64,000 bases of DNA, from IMG/VR virus record IMGVR_UViG_3300033273_000833, positions 64,001 through 128,000 of that record. The stretch is one strand, 5' to 3'. Below the pieces are notes generated by a model, which ran no database searches, was not told the DNA's origin, and saw only the letters and a list, made by a program, of their open reading frames with translations. Position numbers and translations under genes: made by a program. The stretch comes from a virus (taxonomy: Duplodnaviria > Caudoviricetes). Shown here piece by piece: positions 46,383-54,845 of this stretch (the stretch's first letter is position 1; every line of letters starts with the position of its first letter).

Positions 46383-47319
46383 ACAGCCTTGGTGGTTCGA
46401 TAGAAACCTTGACGAAATTATAGGAGAGAATCCTATTATTTTAAATAATGTTTACATTGGGGCGAAAGGCTCTGTTTTTAACGAGCAAAAACAACCTATA
46501 TACTTAAACAACATAAAGGAAACGCATGAATCTGCTAAATTCCACAAATCCCAAAAAATTCATGAACTTAAAGGAGAATATATATACATGCTTTCTGAAC
46601 ATGATATCCAAGTATATGGGCATATTGGAGAAGATTTCTCTAGGCTTAGATTTTTTGAGGATGATAAATTTAAAAAATGCTCGGTTCTTAAAAACGTAGG
46701 ACATTTCACAAGCTGGCAAGGGCTTAGTAAAAGAGAATGCCTAACAAAACATCTAGAATTTTTTGGCTACCCTCCATCTCGGCAAAAGGAATTAACCTTA
46801 AGCCCCTCTCCTTCGGGAATTACTTATAAGATAGACACCCTACATTTAGCGCCTCGAACCATTAATGTTGAAAGTATTAATTTTTTCACTCAAACATGGA
46901 GGAAAGCATTATCTCTCCCTCAATATAAAAATAAAAACAATAAAATTTATTTATCACGACCTCATCGACCAGATCAGCGCGCCGTGCTTAATAATTCTGA
47001 AGTTGAAAAGTATTTAAGGCAAGAAGGTTTTTATATATGGACAGGTAAAGAAAATCTTGAGGATCAAGTGCATCTTTTCAGGGATGCTGATGTAATTATT
47101 GGGCCTCACGGAGCCGCTTTTTTTAACTGCATTTTTTGCCAAAACAAACCTTTAATATTAGAATTCATGCCCTCATCAAGGAGTGTATATATGTTTCGAA
47201 ATCAATCTCATATTATTGGTAACAAGAACCATAAAGTAATCGAATGCGATTCGGATAAAAATTGGAATCATGAAATAAATATAGATATAATTAAAAATGA
47301 AATACTTGCTATACGATAA
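46375..47319 (+). CDS. GT61 (DUF563) family glycosyltransferase
   Basis: KIYLSR..RAVLNNSEV..EDQVHLFRDADVIIGPHGAAFFN. Confidence 0.85.
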   Translation: MDRQPWWFDRNLDEIIGENPIILNNVYIGAKGSVFNEQKQPIYLNNIKETHESAKFHKSQKIHELKGEYIYMLSEHDIQVYGHIGEDFSRLRFFEDDKFKKCSVLKNVGHFTSWQGLSKRECLTKHLEFFGYPPSRQKELTLSPSPSGITYKIDTLHLAPRTINVESINFFTQTWRKALSLPQYKNKNNKIYLSRPHRPDQRAVLNNSEVEKYLRQEGFYIWTGKENLEDQVHLFRDADVIIGPHGAAFFNCIFCQNKPLILEFMPSSRSVYMFRNQSHIIGNKNHKVIECDSDKNWNHEINIDIIKNEILAIR

Positions 47320-48049
47320 TCTAGTGCGCGGTGCAGGCCTTGGTCACTTAATGAATTGCTATAATTATGGTCTAGACTATAGCATCAGAGAAGACATGGA
47401 ATGGGTTCCTATCAGAATTAAGTGTGGACATCATTTAGGCTCAGGTGGGCATGTAATAGAAAATGAATTAGGGTTACCTATTTTCGAAGATTCTTATCGA
47501 GAAAATATTAAAAAAAACCATAAATACGAACATAAAGAGTATAATCCAAAATATAGTCCAACATCAGAATCTACAGAGCTGACAGGAAAAATATTAAAAG
47601 ACTGGTATACGACTTCTCGAAAAGGGCTCTCAAGTAAGTTTTTAAGTCAAGATAAAGTCAATATATGCATTTCGATTAGAAGGGGGGATATATCCGCCAC
47701 CCCAAACCATTCAATGAGAGATCGGCTTCGGCCCTTAAGTTACTATACAAATATGTTGAATGAAATTATTAAAGAAAATGGCGTATCTAAGTATAGAATC
47801 ATTCTCTCTACTGATTTGCGTGGGCATCGTGATTGCCTAGTTGATATGGACAACCAACCTCATTCAGTGGAAAAAATATTCAAAAACCACTTGGATGATT
47901 TAATATTCCTGCCTTTTTGCGAAGATGATCCAGACTCCAATGAATATCATACTTTTGATTTTTTTCATACAGCGATAGCTTCTGATTTTTTCATTGGCAG
48001 TAATAGTGGTTTTAGTCATATTATTGAAAATTATTATAGATCAAAATGA
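47297..48049 (+). CDS. GT11/NodZ-like glycosyltransferase
   Basis: GAGLGH; ICISIRRGD; SDFFIGSNSGFS. Confidence 0.55.
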   Translation: MKYLLYDNLVRGAGLGHLMNCYNYGLDYSIREDMEWVPIRIKCGHHLGSGGHVIENELGLPIFEDSYRENIKKNHKYEHKEYNPKYSPTSESTELTGKILKDWYTTSRKGLSSKFLSQDKVNICISIRRGDISATPNHSMRDRLRPLSYYTNMLNEIIKENGVSKYRIILSTDLRGHRDCLVDMDNQPHSVEKIFKNHLDDLIFLPFCEDDPDSNEYHTFDFFHTAIASDFFIGSNSGFSHIIENYYRSK

Positions 48050-48501
48050 ATGAAAGTGAAAAAAAGTTTTGCGATATCTGTGTTTCAAGAAATTGGAGCG
48101 TAAAAAAAGCGTCAAAATATCAAGACATGCATGAGCATTGGGATTTTAAAGTGAGAGATTCTCTAATTGATGTCAAAGGGCCTAAAAAAACTTCTAGACA
48201 TGATGCTTGTTTTAATTATAATGAAGCTTGGATAGAGCTTCAAAATGTAAGAGGTCAAAAAGGTTGGCTTCGTGGTAAAGCAGATTATATAGCTTTTGAG
48301 CATATAGATCATTTTTTAATCGTGAACCGCCAAGACTTATTAAATTGGTGCAAAAATAAAATCGAAACCTCCTCTTTTGTTGCAAGTCCTAAAGAAGCTT
48401 TGTATAAACTTTATCGCCGAAAAAACCGCAAAGATATTATTTCTATTATAAAAATAAAAGATTTTCAAAAAGATATAAAAACTTGGAAACTCAAACAATA
48501 G
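48046..48501 (+). CDS. PD-(D/E)xK nuclease-like protein
   Basis: EHWDF..IDVKG..WIELQNVRGQKGWL.GKADYIAFE. Confidence 0.6.
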   Translation: MNESEKKFCDICVSRNWSVKKASKYQDMHEHWDFKVRDSLIDVKGPKKTSRHDACFNYNEAWIELQNVRGQKGWLRGKADYIAFEHIDHFLIVNRQDLLNWCKNKIETSSFVASPKEALYKLYRRKNRKDIISIIKIKDFQKDIKTWKLKQ

Positions 48502-48505
48502 TGCG

Positions 48506-48763
48506 ATGTACGACAATGGCTTAAACAATGGATTTGAAGAAGCTCATCAAAAAGGACTTCATCGAGGCTTTGATCTAGGCTGGTCATACAAAGGAAGGTT
48601 TGATCGCCAAATAATACAAGATAAAATAAACGAACTTAAGGTAAAATATGATATGCGAAAGTCAAAAAAAACTTTGCATGAAATTAACGTATTACAAACT
48701 GTTTTAGATCAAATAAAAGAACATAAATCTAACAGAGAAAATATAACTTTAAATTTTTGGTAG
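48506..48763 (+). CDS. hypothetical protein
   Basis: GxxxG repeats (GFEEAHQKGLHRGFDLG). Confidence 0.55.
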   Translation: MYDNGLNNGFEEAHQKGLHRGFDLGWSYKGRFDRQIIQDKINELKVKYDMRKSKKTLHEINVLQTVLDQIKEHKSNRENITLNFW

Positions 48764-48786
48764 GCTTGTGTAAATAATGGAAAATT

Positions 48787-49290
48787 ATGAACTTATATAA
48801 CATTGCAAAACACTGTAATTCACCCGAAAAAGTATACGGAGTAGTTGAAATACCCAAAGACACAAACGTAAAGTATGAATATCGCCCTGATTTAGAAGCA
48901 TTTATTTATGATAGGAGCTTATTAAGCTCTATGGTTTATCCATCTAATTATGGCTTTATCCCTAGTACAAAAGCTGAAGACGGAGACGCCTTAGATGTGT
49001 TGATTTATAATGGAACTCCTATTGACAGAGCTACTATAGTAGAGTGTAAAATAATTGGTGTATTAGACATGGAAGACGAAGGGCAAAAAGATTACAAAGT
49101 TTTAGTAACTCCTGTTTCTCATGTTAAAAAATATCGAGGTCTTGAGGACATTGACCCTCATTTTTTAAATATATGTAAAAATTTCTTTTCTCATTACAAA
49201 GACTTAAATGGAAAAAAGGTAGAAGTTTTTGAATGGCATGATAGTGATTTTGCTAAAAATATAGTCGAAAAAAGTTATATCAAATATTAG
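48787..49290 (+). CDS. ppa: inorganic pyrophosphatase (family I)
   Basis: VEIPK..KYE..DR..YPSNYGFIP.T.AEDGDALDV..MEDEG..DYK. Confidence 0.95.
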   Translation: MNLYNIAKHCNSPEKVYGVVEIPKDTNVKYEYRPDLEAFIYDRSLLSSMVYPSNYGFIPSTKAEDGDALDVLIYNGTPIDRATIVECKIIGVLDMEDEGQKDYKVLVTPVSHVKKYRGLEDIDPHFLNICKNFFSHYKDLNGKKVEVFEWHDSDFAKNIVEKSYIKY

Positions 49291-49311
49291 TGGTGTAATG
49301 CTTTGTGTACT

Positions 49312-49701
49312 ATGGAACACAAACATCTTTTAATAAATGCAACTTTCAAGGAAACCCCATTTACAAATGTAGATTTCACAAATAAATGGCTTTTAGATAT
49401 TGTTGACTTAATAGGAATGGAAGTGCTTCACCCACCAACTTCTGTTAGATGCGAGCAAGAAGGAAATAAAGGCATTAGTGGGTTTTGCCTTATAACCACA
49501 AGCCACATTTGCTTACATTCATGGGAAGAGAGAGAGCCGAACTTACTGCAACTTGATGTTTACAGCTGTAAAGATTTTGATCGAAATTTAATTAGAAATG
49601 AAATCGAAAAATTCAAACCTCTTTCTTTTGGATTCAAGTTTTTGGATAGAAAAATCAAAAACACAAAAGGTTGGGCTGTTTTTGACGAAAATAAAGCGTG
49701 A
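49312..49701 (+). CDS. speD: pyruvoyl-dependent S-adenosylmethionine decarboxylase-like proenzyme (T-SH variant)
   Basis: GISGFCLITTSHICLHSWEE..LQLDVYSCKDF. Confidence 0.8.
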   Translation: MEHKHLLINATFKETPFTNVDFTNKWLLDIVDLIGMEVLHPPTSVRCEQEGNKGISGFCLITTSHICLHSWEEREPNLLQLDVYSCKDFDRNLIRNEIEKFKPLSFGFKFLDRKIKNTKGWAVFDENKA

Positions 49702-50468
49702 AAATATATTTCCGACATTACTCAGGGGCAATTACTGAATATGATTATTTATTTTTTGACTGCATGGCAGAAGTTTCTTTACCTGAAGAAGATAAAGCTT
49801 TATGTGAAGGTTGGTTACCTGATGATTATTTAATTAAAAAAGACTCTTTAGGTAATATTTCAAAATCACATTGGTATCAAGCAAGGCAAACGAGAATTAA
49901 TTTAAGTAAATTTTTGGATACCCGAAGCACTAGAAAAGCTCGAAAGAAATGTAAACAAATAACAACTAAATGCTTAAACGCAAAAGAGATAGATTTAAAT
50001 ATTTTACAAGATATTTTTGATAAATATTTTGAGTATAGAAATTTCAAGAAATGGGATTTAGAACCATTGATTTTAGCAGAGCCTCATAGAAAATATTTTT
50101 TAATTTATTATTTAAATGAAAAACCTATTGCATTTACATTCCTGAGAGATGTTGGGTCGAGTAGCGTGTTCTCAACTCAATTTGCATGGGACTATGAAAA
50201 CCCGAAATTATATTTAGGCAAATATGCAAATCTCGCAGAGATAGACTATTGTATCGCAAATAATAAGAATTATATGTACCTTGGTTTTGGTTATGAAAAA
50301 TCTTGTATGTATAAAGCAGATTATAAAGGTTTTGAATTTTGGACAGGAGAGAATTGGTCTAATGATACAGAACAATATAAATGGTTGTGCGAAAGAGATT
50401 CTAAAATAATTAAAACAAGTGATTTGGATAAAATAAAGAAATATGATGATAAAAATTTTTTTAAATGA
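49698..50468 (+). CDS. aminoacyl-tRNA-protein transferase, Ate1/Bpt-like
   Basis: ALCEGW..RQTRINLSKF..FAWDY....LYLGKYA.LAEI..C...YMYLGFGYEK.CMYKADY..FEFW. Confidence 0.7.
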   Translation: MKIYFRHYSGAITEYDYLFFDCMAEVSLPEEDKALCEGWLPDDYLIKKDSLGNISKSHWYQARQTRINLSKFLDTRSTRKARKKCKQITTKCLNAKEIDLNILQDIFDKYFEYRNFKKWDLEPLILAEPHRKYFLIYYLNEKPIAFTFLRDVGSSSVFSTQFAWDYENPKLYLGKYANLAEIDYCIANNKNYMYLGFGYEKSCMYKADYKGFEFWTGENWSNDTEQYKWLCERDSKIIKTSDLDKIKKYDDKNFFK

Positions 50469-50917
50469 TTAAAGATTATATAGAATACATTTCGCTTAAA
50501 AGAAAAGAATTGGGAGGTCATGCAATTTGCCCGTTCGCTAAAACTTTTTTAAATAAAGTCGAAATAATAGAGTCGAAAGATTTTTGGGTCGATGCTATCA
50601 AATGCATGGACAATAAAGATCACCCAATGTTATATCTTATATATGGAGACAGAAATAGATATGATACTGAATGGCTTAAGTGGTTCTGCGAAATACATGA
50701 GCAATATTCAAAAGATAAGGACTTGTGGTTAATATGGGATCATCCCGACCAAATAAATAAAATAAACGGAATTGATACAAATAACAAAGAATATGCTATT
50801 CTGTTAATACAAAAATTATCTGAATTAAATAAATATTCTGAAAAGTTACATAAAACAAATTATTATGGATTTTGGGATGAAAAATACTATAATAAAATAG
50901 TGGAAAGGAGAAAATAA
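50465..50917 (+). CDS. hypothetical protein (DUF1415-like CPFA motif)
   Basis: LGGHAICPFAK..WDHP..YAILLIQKLSEL. Confidence 0.55.
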   Translation: MIKDYIEYISLKRKELGGHAICPFAKTFLNKVEIIESKDFWVDAIKCMDNKDHPMLYLIYGDRNRYDTEWLKWFCEIHEQYSKDKDLWLIWDHPDQINKINGIDTNNKEYAILLIQKLSELNKYSEKLHKTNYYGFWDEKYYNKIVERRK

Positions 50918-50919
50918 AA

Positions 50920-51111
50920 ATGAAAAAACTTTGGTTAATTTGGGCTAGAACACTAGATCATCGCGTTGGTAGAACTGATGACGATCAGCCCGATATTCCA
51001 ATTTTATCTTTGCGAGATGCTCAATTTAGTTTAATCTTGAGGACGATTATAGTCGTTGTAAATATAACAACTTGTTTCTTTATAATAGCAAATATAATTA
51101 AAAATTGGTGA
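50920..51111 (+). CDS. small membrane protein
   Basis: WLIWARTL..LILRTIIVVVNITTCFFIIANII. Confidence 0.65.
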   Translation: MKKLWLIWARTLDHRVGRTDDDQPDIPILSLRDAQFSLILRTIIVVVNITTCFFIIANIIKNW

Positions 51112-51118
51112 TTTTTTC

Positions 51119-51147
51119 TTGATTTTTCGCAAATAATATGGTATATT
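51119..51147 (+). promoter_or_regulatory. sigma70-like promoter (leaderless)
   Basis: TTGATT-17-TATATT with upstream TG; ATG at 51155. Confidence 0.7.
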
Positions 51148-51154
51148 TATACCC

Positions 51155-51559
51155 ATGTATTTAGGTAGTCACGAATTAGTTGAATTTTATAATTGCGATG
51201 AAGATATTTTAAAAGATTCTGATTTAATAAAAAGAATATTTATTGAGTCTGCTAAACTGGGTAATGCAAATATAGTTAATAGTCTATTTCATTCTTTCAG
51301 TCCGTATGGGGTCACAGGAGTCTTAGTGATTGCAGAAAGTCATATGAGTATTCATACATGGCATGAATTTAATTATTGTGCCGTTGATATATTTTCTTGT
51401 TGCGATAAATTAAATAATAAAATTGTTTTAGAAGACTTAAAAGACAAACTATTCAGCAGTAGATATGAATCAAAACTAATTAATAGGGGGAATAAATATA
51501 TTATCGAACAAAGTGCAAATAAAAAGTTGACAAATAAACAAAAATCTGTCATTATATAA
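51155..51559 (+). CDS. speD: S-adenosylmethionine decarboxylase proenzyme (canonical E-SH)
   Basis: LGSHELVEFY.C..HSFSPYGVTGVLVIAESHMSIHTWHE..AVDIFSC. Confidence 0.93.
   Translation: MYLGSHELVEFYNCDEDILKDSDLIKRIFIESAKLGNANIVNSLFHSFSPYGVTGVLVIAESHMSIHTWHEFNYCAVDIFSCCDKLNNKIVLEDLKDKLFSSRYESKLINRGNKYIIEQSANKKLTNKQKSVII
51527..51555 (+). promoter_or_regulatory. sigma70-like promoter (leaderless)
   Basis: TTGACA-17-CATTAT; ATG at 51562. Confidence 0.75.
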
Positions 51560-51561
51560 AC

Positions 51562-51822
51562 ATGGTAATTAGAAAAGAATTAAAAAACGCCACTTTTGAA
51601 TACGATGAAGAGAAAAAAATATTCACCATTATGGAAGCTGATGGTTTTAATGGTTATATTGAATTAAATAAAATTTATGCTTTTTCTTTTATGCGTTTTG
51701 TAATCAGAATGGCTCAGAGAAATTGGCTAAAAAGTGCAGATTCTTTTAATAAAACTGAAGAACTTTTAGACTCTATTGAAGAGGAAGAAGATAATCCAAA
51801 TCAATTAGAGCTTTTTAATTAA
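51562..51822 (+). CDS. hypothetical protein
   Basis: 86 aa, acidic tail. Confidence 0.65.
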   Translation: MVIRKELKNATFEYDEEKKIFTIMEADGFNGYIELNKIYAFSFMRFVIRMAQRNWLKSADSFNKTEELLDSIEEEEDNPNQLELFN

Positions 51823-51837
51823 TAAATAATAAATAAT

Positions 51838-52020
51838 ATGAACAATAAATCATTCGATATAGTTTGTGCGTCTGAAGTAGAAGAATTTTTTTACGAAGAC
51901 TCTGATTTGCCTGTTTCTGAAGGCGAGCCTGTTGGTGTTGAGTTTTATTCTCAAACCCAATCAAGTCTCATTTTATCTAAAGGAATCTATTTTTCGCATG
52001 AAAATCTTTTTTTAGATTAA
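51838..52020 (+). CDS. hypothetical protein
   Basis: 60 aa. Confidence 0.5.
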   Translation: MNNKSFDIVCASEVEEFFYEDSDLPVSEGEPVGVEFYSQTQSSLILSKGIYFSHENLFLD

Positions 52021-52063
52021 AATTTTATTTGACAAACCCACGCTTCTGTGCAATGCTTATTAC

Positions 52064-52240
52064 ATGATGAAAACAGAATATATCAAACTTACAGACTTGT
52101 GGAACGAAGGCGAATACGCTCAAGTAGGAAATATTATTAACGAAGAAAATTGGAGTGCATCAAGGGTTGCTGAATTCTGTGCGTACTTCAATAAATATCT
52201 TGGAGTAAATCAATTAAATCTTTTATATAAGTTTTTATAA
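52064..52240 (+). CDS. hypothetical protein (58 aa), absent from the track
   Basis: MMKTEYIKLTDLWNEG..VAEFCAYFNKYLG...; TTGACA at 52029 at the standard spacing. Confidence 0.65.
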   Translation: MMKTEYIKLTDLWNEGEYAQVGNIINEENWSASRVAEFCAYFNKYLGVNQLNLLYKFL

Positions 52241-52241
52241 T

Positions 52242-52628
52242 ATGGATGATTTAAGTAATGAAATAGCTTGGGATAGTTATGAATTCTATACCGAGCAATT
52301 ATTTAAACTCGAAGAAGATCATTTATCAAATATGGATAAAGTGACAAATGTCTTGCAAGGCGGGTCGTACTGCAACAAGCAAGACCACTTAGAAGTATTT
52401 AATAAATCCCTTGAAGTGACTTCTCAATTAATAGTTCTATATAATAAACAATTGTCATCTATTCAAGATATGTTAATAGCCTTGTCTGATGAAAAAGATG
52501 AGCAGTTAAAAAATCGCACTATTAACTCCTTAAATGTTCTAGTTCAATGGACAAATGATCTCCGAGATGATACAAATAAGTATAGACAAGATTTAAATAA
52601 ACTAATAAAAGAATATGAAGAGAGGTAG
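52242..52628 (+). CDS. coiled-coil hypothetical protein
   Basis: 128 aa, helical composition. Confidence 0.6.
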   Translation: MDDLSNEIAWDSYEFYTEQLFKLEEDHLSNMDKVTNVLQGGSYCNKQDHLEVFNKSLEVTSQLIVLYNKQLSSIQDMLIALSDEKDEQLKNRTINSLNVLVQWTNDLRDDTNKYRQDLNKLIKEYEER

Positions 52629-52848
52629 ACCAAAAGGATATACTCCATATGTTGAAATTTCTTACGAGGAATTGGCTGATTGGGTAGGCAGAAAAGCTAA
52701 AGTAGTTGTCTGTAAAAAATGGCTAGAATCATTAATGGGTAAAGAGATTCATATTGGATCAACAGAAGAACTCATTGCAGACAAACAACAACAACAAGAA
52801 GAAGAGAAAGAAGTTCCGAAGATTGAATACGAAATAACTCATTTTTAA
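52615..52848 (+). CDS. small AT-hook-like DNA-binding protein
   Basis: MKRGRPKG..ISYEEL..VG..VVVCKKWLE. Confidence 0.6.
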   Translation: MKRGRPKGYTPYVEISYEELADWVGRKAKVVVCKKWLESLMGKEIHIGSTEELIADKQQQQEEEKEVPKIEYEITHF

Positions 52849-52850
52849 TC

Positions 52851-52879
52851 TTGACAATTACTAATTTTAACTTTAGATT
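52851..52879 (+). promoter_or_regulatory. sigma70 promoter (leaderless)
   Basis: TTGACA-17-TAGATT; ATG at 52886. Confidence 0.8.
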
Positions 52880-52885
52880 TATATC

Positions 52886-53818
52886 ATGGACAATAATTAC
52901 TTCGATGGTTTGATCGGGCAAGAGTGCGTCAAAAAGAAACTCTCCTTTTATTTAGATGCGTTTCACAAAACAAGCGTTTGCCCATTCCTTAATTTAGTTG
53001 GTGCAAAAGGCTTGGGTAAAACCGAATTTGCAAAAGCCTTCGCTAAAAATCTGTACAATAGAAATGGGGGCAAGCGTTCGTTCTTGGAATTAAATTGCTC
53101 TACAATTAAAAATAATGAGCAATTTTTTGAGCAAATATTCCTACCCTTAATTGCAGACAATGAGATTACAATTCTTTTTGATGAATGCCATGCTCTGCCT
53201 AAAGACTTGACAATGGCTTTTTTAACCATTTTCAATACCGAAACAAACACAAGAAAGCGTTTTGAATGGAATGAGATGACATTTGAGTTTGACTTTAGAA
53301 AACAAACTTTTATTTTCGCAACAACAGAGAGTGATAAAATATTTCCACCACTTAAAGATAGATTAACGACAATAGATTTCGATCCGTATTCTCAAGAGGA
53401 GATTGGCGAAATTATTAAAATTTGTTGCGGTAATATTTCTTTCTCCGATGAATGCATAAACGAGGTTTCTTCTACAATTAGAAGTAACGCTAGAAGTGCC
53501 GTAATGCGTTCAAGAGAGATAATGCTATATTGCGAATCTAAAGAGATTGAAAGATTTGAATCTCATCATTTTAAAGATTTGCGTGACTCTATTGGGATTT
53601 TACCTTTAGGTATTTCTCGAACAGAAAAACAAATCCTACAAATACTTAAAGAGTGTGGATCAATTAGCCTAACAGGCTTATCCGCTAAGTTAGGCTTAAG
53701 CAAGACATCCCTACAAAGAGATCACGAACTTTACTTATTGGGCAAAAATTTAATTGAAATTGATGGTAAGCGAAGAATTACTTCAAATGGAATAAAACTT
53801 TGCGAGGACTTGTCATGA
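52886..53818 (+). CDS. ruvB: Holliday junction branch migration ATPase RuvB-like
   Basis: F..LIGQE.VK..L; Walker A GAKGLGKT; Walker B LFDECH; FIFATTE..PPLKDR; C-terminal winged helix ending GKRRIT..G. Confidence 0.85.
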   Translation: MDNNYFDGLIGQECVKKKLSFYLDAFHKTSVCPFLNLVGAKGLGKTEFAKAFAKNLYNRNGGKRSFLELNCSTIKNNEQFFEQIFLPLIADNEITILFDECHALPKDLTMAFLTIFNTETNTRKRFEWNEMTFEFDFRKQTFIFATTESDKIFPPLKDRLTTIDFDPYSQEEIGEIIKICCGNISFSDECINEVSSTIRSNARSAVMRSREIMLYCESKEIERFESHHFKDLRDSIGILPLGISRTEKQILQILKECGSISLTGLSAKLGLSKTSLQRDHELYLLGKNLIEIDGKRRITSNGIKLCEDLS

Positions 53819-53991
53819 CAAGAGATCAACTATCGCATTTAAGACAAGAGGTTTATTCCTTATGGTATCATGCTAAAGATAATTCTGAAGATAAAAAAAC
53901 TTATACTAGAATACTAGAATTAATAGATTATACCTTAGAATTAAAATCTGCAGTAAGATCAATTAGGAATTTATATGAAGGGTTAGTATGA
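53815..53991 (+). CDS. hypothetical protein
   Basis: ATGA-coupled to ruvB. Confidence 0.55.
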   Translation: MTRDQLSHLRQEVYSLWYHAKDNSEDKKTYTRILELIDYTLELKSAVRSIRNLYEGLV

Positions 53992-54182
53992 ACTTATCTG
54001 AAGATCAAAAATTAATATTTATGAAACTAGTTGAAGAACTATCAGAGCTTTCCGTTGAACTTTGTCACGCAGTTAATAAACCTAAAAAAAATAATTTTTC
54101 AAAAATTTTAAATGAAATAAATGATGTAGAAGGTTGGATTTTGAAATTAAAAGAAATAAATAATGATTTAAAATGTAATTAG
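53988..54182 (+). CDS. MazG-like all-alpha NTP pyrophosphatase-like small protein
   Basis: KLVEELSEL..EL..AV.K..ILNEINDV. Confidence 0.45.
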   Translation: MNLSEDQKLIFMKLVEELSELSVELCHAVNKPKKNNFSKILNEINDVEGWILKLKEINNDLKCN

Positions 54183-54185
54183 AGC

Positions 54186-54214
54186 TTGACTTTATTCACT
54201 CTTGTTATTATAAT
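54186..54214 (+). promoter_or_regulatory. sigma70 promoter (leadered; GGAG before ATG 54238)
   Basis: TTGACT-17-TATAAT. Confidence 0.8.
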
Positions 54215-54237
54215 ATATATTTTATGGAGATAAATAA

Positions 54238-54453
54238 ATGTTTGAATATAAAATAACTTATAGAAGAAGAGGAGATATGTTATCAAACTCTCATTATTAT
54301 ATGGCATCAGATGCTCATGAAGCACTAGACTACCAACTAGAAATGATTGACCATAAAGGATGGAATATAGATATATTAAAAATAGAAAAATTTTGTAAAT
54401 ATTCTAATAAATGGATAGATGAAAGTGAAGTATTAGAGGAAGAAAATAAATGA
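54238..54453 (+). CDS. hypothetical protein
   Basis: 71 aa. Confidence 0.65.
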   Translation: MFEYKITYRRRGDMLSNSHYYMASDAHEALDYQLEMIDHKGWNIDILKIEKFCKYSNKWIDESEVLEEENK

Positions 54454-54827
54454 AATATATAAACTTATTGATATTGTTAATGTTTGTGACTGCCTTTGGC
54501 TTTCAAACAAATAACTTTTATGACTCAAAAAATATACAACAGGCAACTTTTGTTCCTACTCCAAAAGTTATACCTCAGTCTGTACCTATATTTGATGATC
54601 CCATAGACAAATCTAAACACAAAGGGCAAATACAGATAAATCCTGCTCCATTCCCTTTCAATCTTACTCATCCTTATGTAGTTTGGATAGATGGTGAAAA
54701 AGCAGATTTAAGTCTAAAAGAAGTCAAAGCTTTAGCAAAAACATTAAACTTGACTCTTGAAAAGCCCAAAGATACTGCTGAAATTCATTCGGGTGATGGA
54801 TGGCTTAGACCTAAAATTATTAAATAA
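54450..54827 (+). CDS. secreted Pro-rich hypothetical protein
   Basis: Signal peptide MKYINLLILLMFVTAFG. Confidence 0.6.
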   Translation: MKYINLLILLMFVTAFGFQTNNFYDSKNIQQATFVPTPKVIPQSVPIFDDPIDKSKHKGQIQINPAPFPFNLTHPYVVWIDGEKADLSLKEVKALAKTLNLTLEKPKDTAEIHSGDGWLRPKIIK

Positions 54828-54845
54828 TTAGTGTAATCCACATAA

